Shown one piece after another: positions 52,632 through 64,000 of a stretch of DNA of 64,000 nucleotides; within the stretch, counting starts at the first letter, position 1; every line of letters begins with the position of its first letter. The translations under genes and the position numbers were made by a program. A model generated the notes under the pieces. That model did no database searches. It had not been told where the DNA came from and was given only the letters and a program-made list of their open reading frames with translations. This stretch comes from an uncultured Holophagales bacterium (GTDB taxonomy: Bacteria; Acidobacteriota; Thermoanaerobaculia; Multivoradales; UBA5704), in assembly GCA_963842525.1 (NCBI GenBank), contig CAWJGT010000034.1, forward strand, positions 480,001 to 544,000. Reading direction: 5' to 3'.

Positions 52632-52634
52632 CCG

Positions 52635-54305
52635 TTACGCCAGCTCCGCCCACGGCCCCGGACCAACGCCGATCTGCGCCCGCCCGCCTCTACCCCAGGG
52701 CCACGGCCTGCGGCGCAAAGAGCGAGACGACTCCGATTCGTAGGTCATTGCATCGGTGGCCTGTCCGTCAAGGCTTTCGACCAGGGAGCGCGAGGCCACG
52801 CGCAGGAATTGCGAGAGCTGCTCCTGCGTGAAGCCGTGCGCCATCAGGTAGCCGATCGACCAGAGGTCGAAGCCGTGCAGCGGCAGCACACTGGACTCCG
52901 CGATGGTGCGGTAGCCCTCTTCGACGATCTCGGAGGCTCGCCGCCAGTCCATGGTCGCGTGCTTCCAGGAGTAAGCGTTGCCGGTGAGGTTGAATTCGGC
53001 CGCCTTCTGGCCGATCGGGACTTTCTTGTCGTAGAAGAAGGTCTCGAAGCTATAGAAGGTCGGGCTCGTCTCGCGGACGAAGTTGAGCGTGTTCTGCGCG
53101 CTTTCCTCGGTCTCGCCGGGATGGCCGATGATGAACGAGGCATAGGTTATGATCCCCTGCTCGTGCAGCTTCTTGAGGCCGTAGGCGTACTTCTCGGGGG
53201 TCGCCCCCTTGTTCATGGTGCGCAGAACCTTCTTGTCCGCCGATTCGATGCCCAGGAAGACCCCCTTGCAGCCCGCCTTCGCCAGGAGATCGAAGGACTC
53301 GTCGTCGGCGTTGGCGCAACGGAAATAGGAGAACCACTGGAAGTCGTAGCGGTTGCGGATCATCATCCGGCACACTTCCTTGAACCGCGGCTCGGGGATG
53401 TTGAAGGTATCGTCGATGATCAGCAGATGGGTGGCGCCGATCGATTTCAGATAATTCAGCTCGTGCTCGAGCACATTGAGGCTGGTCAGATCGAGCGCTC
53501 CCGCGACGACCGGGTAGCGGCAGAATGAGCACTTGAAAGCGCAACTCCGGGCCGTGCGGATCTGGACGACGGGGGCGAGGAAGCCCCGGGAGAAGGAGAT
53601 CCAGTCGACCGCTTCAGCGTCCATGTCGTTGTTTTCGACCTCGCGCGGCGTCCGCCGGAAGGTCTTCTGGTCGGTGGTGTAGGTCAGGTTCGGGATCGTG
53701 TCCAGCGCCGGGCTCGCCTTCCGCAGCTCGGCGCAGATCCGCGCCAGGGTGAGCTCGCCTTGCGAGTCGAAAACATAGATATCCGCCCCCATGGCCTGGA
53801 ACTGCTTGTCCTGCCCCCCCTCCGGAAAATCCGAGCAGACATTAAAGATGTGGGGGCCTCCCACCACAATTTTCGTATCGCGGTTACGACTGCGGACGAA
53901 GTCCACGATCTCACGGACCGGCCCGGCATCGAAGTAGTACGTAGTCGTGATCGCGACCGTGCTCGGCGACTCGTCGAGGAGCTGTGCGAGCAGATCCTTG
54001 TCGTCATTGAAGAAGTTAACCACCTCGGCGTTCAAGCCGCGGCGGCGCAGGAAGCTCGCCAGGTAACAGGCGCCGAGGTTGGGTACCTTGGCGACGTTGT
54101 AGGAGGCAGGCTTGCCCGTCGCGAGCTCCAAGGCGTGATTGAAGAGCGCGGGGTATTTCACGCGCCGGCCGTTGAGGGGGACCGTGTTGGCGAGGAGGTG
54201 CCGGTAGGTGCCCGAGAAATCCTTGTAGGCGGCCGCCTGCTCAACGAGCTCGGCGATGGAGACGTCGTTGTACCCTACTACCACGCAGTCGAGATGAGCG
54301 CCCAT
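52635..54305 (-). CDS. Cobalamin-binding radical SAM enzyme (class B methyltransferase, PhpK-like)
   Basis: N-terminal B12-binding region (VAITTT, VVGGPH), CAFKCSFC, DDTFN and FLGIES motifs; the C-terminus may be frameshifted. Confidence 0.85.
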   Translation of the reverse strand: MGAHLDCVVVGYNDVSIAELVEQAAAYKDFSGTYRHLLANTVPLNGRRVKYPALFNHALELATGKPASYNVAKVPNLGACYLASFLRRRGLNAEVVNFFNDDKDLLAQLLDESPSTVAITTTYYFDAGPVREIVDFVRSRNRDTKIVVGGPHIFNVCSDFPEGGQDKQFQAMGADIYVFDSQGELTLARICAELRKASPALDTIPNLTYTTDQKTFRRTPREVENNDMDAEAVDWISFSRGFLAPVVQIRTARSCAFKCSFCRYPVVAGALDLTSLNVLEHELNYLKSIGATHLLIIDDTFNIPEPRFKEVCRMMIRNRYDFQWFSYFRCANADDESFDLLAKAGCKGVFLGIESADKKVLRTMNKGATPEKYAYGLKKLHEQGIITYASFIIGHPGETEESAQNTLNFVRETSPTFYSFETFFYDKKVPIGQKAAEFNLTGNAYSWKHATMDWRRASEIVEEGYRTIAESSVLPLHGFDLWSIGYLMAHGFTQEQLSQFLRVASRSLVESLDGQATDAMTYESESSRSLRRRPWPWGRGGRAQIGVGPGPWAELA

Positions 54306-54421
54306 TCAAACCTCCTACAATAGTTACGCTTGCGCCTTGCGGGCAAACACACAGGCGGTCAGGCCAGTATGCACGAAGAGAAAAGGCGCGGCAAGGAAGT
54401 GAGTCGCTCCGGCGGGAGCTT

Positions 54422-62697
<8,276 letters not shown>

Positions 62698-62725
<28 letters not shown>

Positions 62726-62815
62726 CTCGCTTTTAAAACCTTTAAACCTAACGCGAAAAACACAAAGTCTCCACGGCCCCCCGCGTAAGGTCAGTATATA
62801 GAAGTGCGACGGAGG
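62698..62815 (-). promoter_or_regulatory. NRPS operon promoter/leader, copy 2
   Basis: Nearly identical to 42323-42440. Confidence 0.75.
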
Positions 62816-62953
62816 CTTGAGGGCGGACAGTAGCCCGCCGGCGGCCCGGATCGTCTTTGACCCACCGCCGACCCCATGCGAAGCTGTCTGGTCATGGGAA
62901 CCCTGACGGAACGACCCACCTGCACGCTGCCCCGACAAACCGTGCGACCTGGT

Positions 62954-64000
62954 GTGACGGCGCTTCAGGAGGAAACGGTCCGTCCGCTCTCCTTCGCCCA
63001 GGAGCGGATGTGGCTCCTCGGCCAGATCGATCCCGGCGCGGCAACCTACAACCTCTTCCACACCGTCGACATCTCGGGCCCGCTCGCCCCCGCCCTCCTC
63101 GCCCGCTCGCTCGACGAGGTGGTCCGCCGGCACCAGACCCTGCGCACCACCTTCGCCGCGCCAGGCGGCGCGCCGGAGCCCGTCGTCGCCCCCGCCGTGC
63201 GCCGGCCGCTGCCGCTCGTCGACCTCGCCGGCCTTCCGGAGCCGTCGTGGAGGCCCGAGGTCGCGCGCCTCTCCACCGAGGAGCGGCGGCGCCCGTTCGA
63301 CCTCGCGGCGGAGCCTCTCTTCCGCGTCGCTCTCGTGCGCCTCTCGGCGGGCCGGCACGCCGGGCTCCTCACCGCCCATCCCATCGTCTTCGACGGCGGA
63401 TCGAGCCTCGTTCTCTGGCGAGAGGTCGCAGCGCTCTACGAGGCCTTCGCCGCGGGACGGCCGTCGCCGCTCCCCGAGCTCCCCTTGCAGTACGCCGGCT
63501 ATGCGCTCTGGCAGAGGCTGCACCTCGCGGGCGATACGCTCGCCGGCGAGGTCGATCCCTGGCGGCGCGAGCTCGCCCCGCCGCTTCCCGTCCTGCGATT
63601 GCCGGCCGACTTCGACCGCGCCTCGGCGCATGGGTTCCTCGCCGGCGAGGTCTACCGCGTGCTGCCGGCGCCGCTCGCTGCGGCCCTCCGCGAGTTGGGC
63701 GGCCGGTGCGGGGCGACGCTCTCTTCGACCCTCCTGGCTGCCTGGGCCGCCGTCCTCGGGCGCACCGGCGGCGAGGAGGACCTTCTCGTCGGCACGCCGA
63801 TCGAGAGCCGCCGCCCGGAGGCCGAGGGGCTGATCGGTCCCTTCCGCAACACCCTGGTCCTCCGCGCCCGCCCGCGGCTCGACCGAGGTTACGGCCCGCT
63901 CGTCGACGAGGTCCGGCAGGCGGCGGCCACCGCCGCGCACCAGGACCTGCCGCTCGAGATGCTCCTCACGGCCCTGGGCCTGCCGCGCGACCCGCGCCGC
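62954..64000 (+). CDS. Divergent NRPS starting with a degenerate condensation domain; runs off the window
   Basis: PLSFAQERMW, HQTLRTTF, AHPIVFDG (instead of HHxxxDG), LQYAGYALWQ and HQDLP motifs. Confidence 0.8.
   Translation, partial: MTALQEETVRPLSFAQERMWLLGQIDPGAATYNLFHTVDISGPLAPALLARSLDEVVRRHQTLRTTFAAPGGAPEPVVAPAVRRPLPLVDLAGLPEPSWRPEVARLSTEERRRPFDLAAEPLFRVALVRLSAGRHAGLLTAHPIVFDGGSSLVLWREVAALYEAFAAGRPSPLPELPLQYAGYALWQRLHLAGDTLAGEVDPWRRELAPPLPVLRLPADFDRASAHGFLAGEVYRVLPAPLAAALRELGGRCGATLSSTLLAAWAAVLGRTGGEEDLLVGTPIESRRPEAEGLIGPFRNTLVLRARPRLDRGYGPLVDEVRQAAATAAHQDLPLEMLLTALGLPRDPRR

Noticed and set aside
62726-63940. 405-aa N-terminal extension of the 60767-63940 ORF
   Set aside because: It is antisense to the divergent C-domain gene. 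The shared leader places the real start at 62725.

Overview
GC-rich bacterial window. An ADOP-type permease, giant NRPS genes and other gene content suggest Acidobacteriota, probably Thermoanaerobaculia (inference). Many 1-2 nt frameshifts, including one in the housekeeping gene hemL, look like long-read assembly errors. Left to right: (1) 1-5.4 kb, secreted proteins, two of which share an FN3 plus C-terminal module. (2) 5.5-18 kb, a PHA/lipid-body-type locus (HMG-CoA reductase, ABC1 kinase, patatin, two phasins, PhaR, ArsA ATPase pair) interrupted by a TIR-STAND-TPR gene. (3) hemB-hemL, a ferredoxin and the ADOP permease. (4) 23.7-27.6 kb, a coupled SF1 helicase / DarT / ADP-ribosylglycohydrolase-VOC operon next to a tRNA 3'-end att-like fragment. 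(5) 27.8-64 kb, an NRPS cluster in two minus-strand operons that share an almost identical promoter and leader hairpin, with a standalone thioesterase and a B12 radical SAM enzyme. A ~10 kb accessory patch splits this cluster. The patch holds a UG/Abi (DRT9-like) reverse transcriptase with an HRDD site and a ~180-nt structured upstream RNA, three tandem IR-bounded Y1 transposase elements, and an IS110 whose bridge-RNA guides can be read from the sequence and match its insertion site. The best candidates for undescribed systems are the helicase-DarT-ARH operon and the variant RT-ncRNA.
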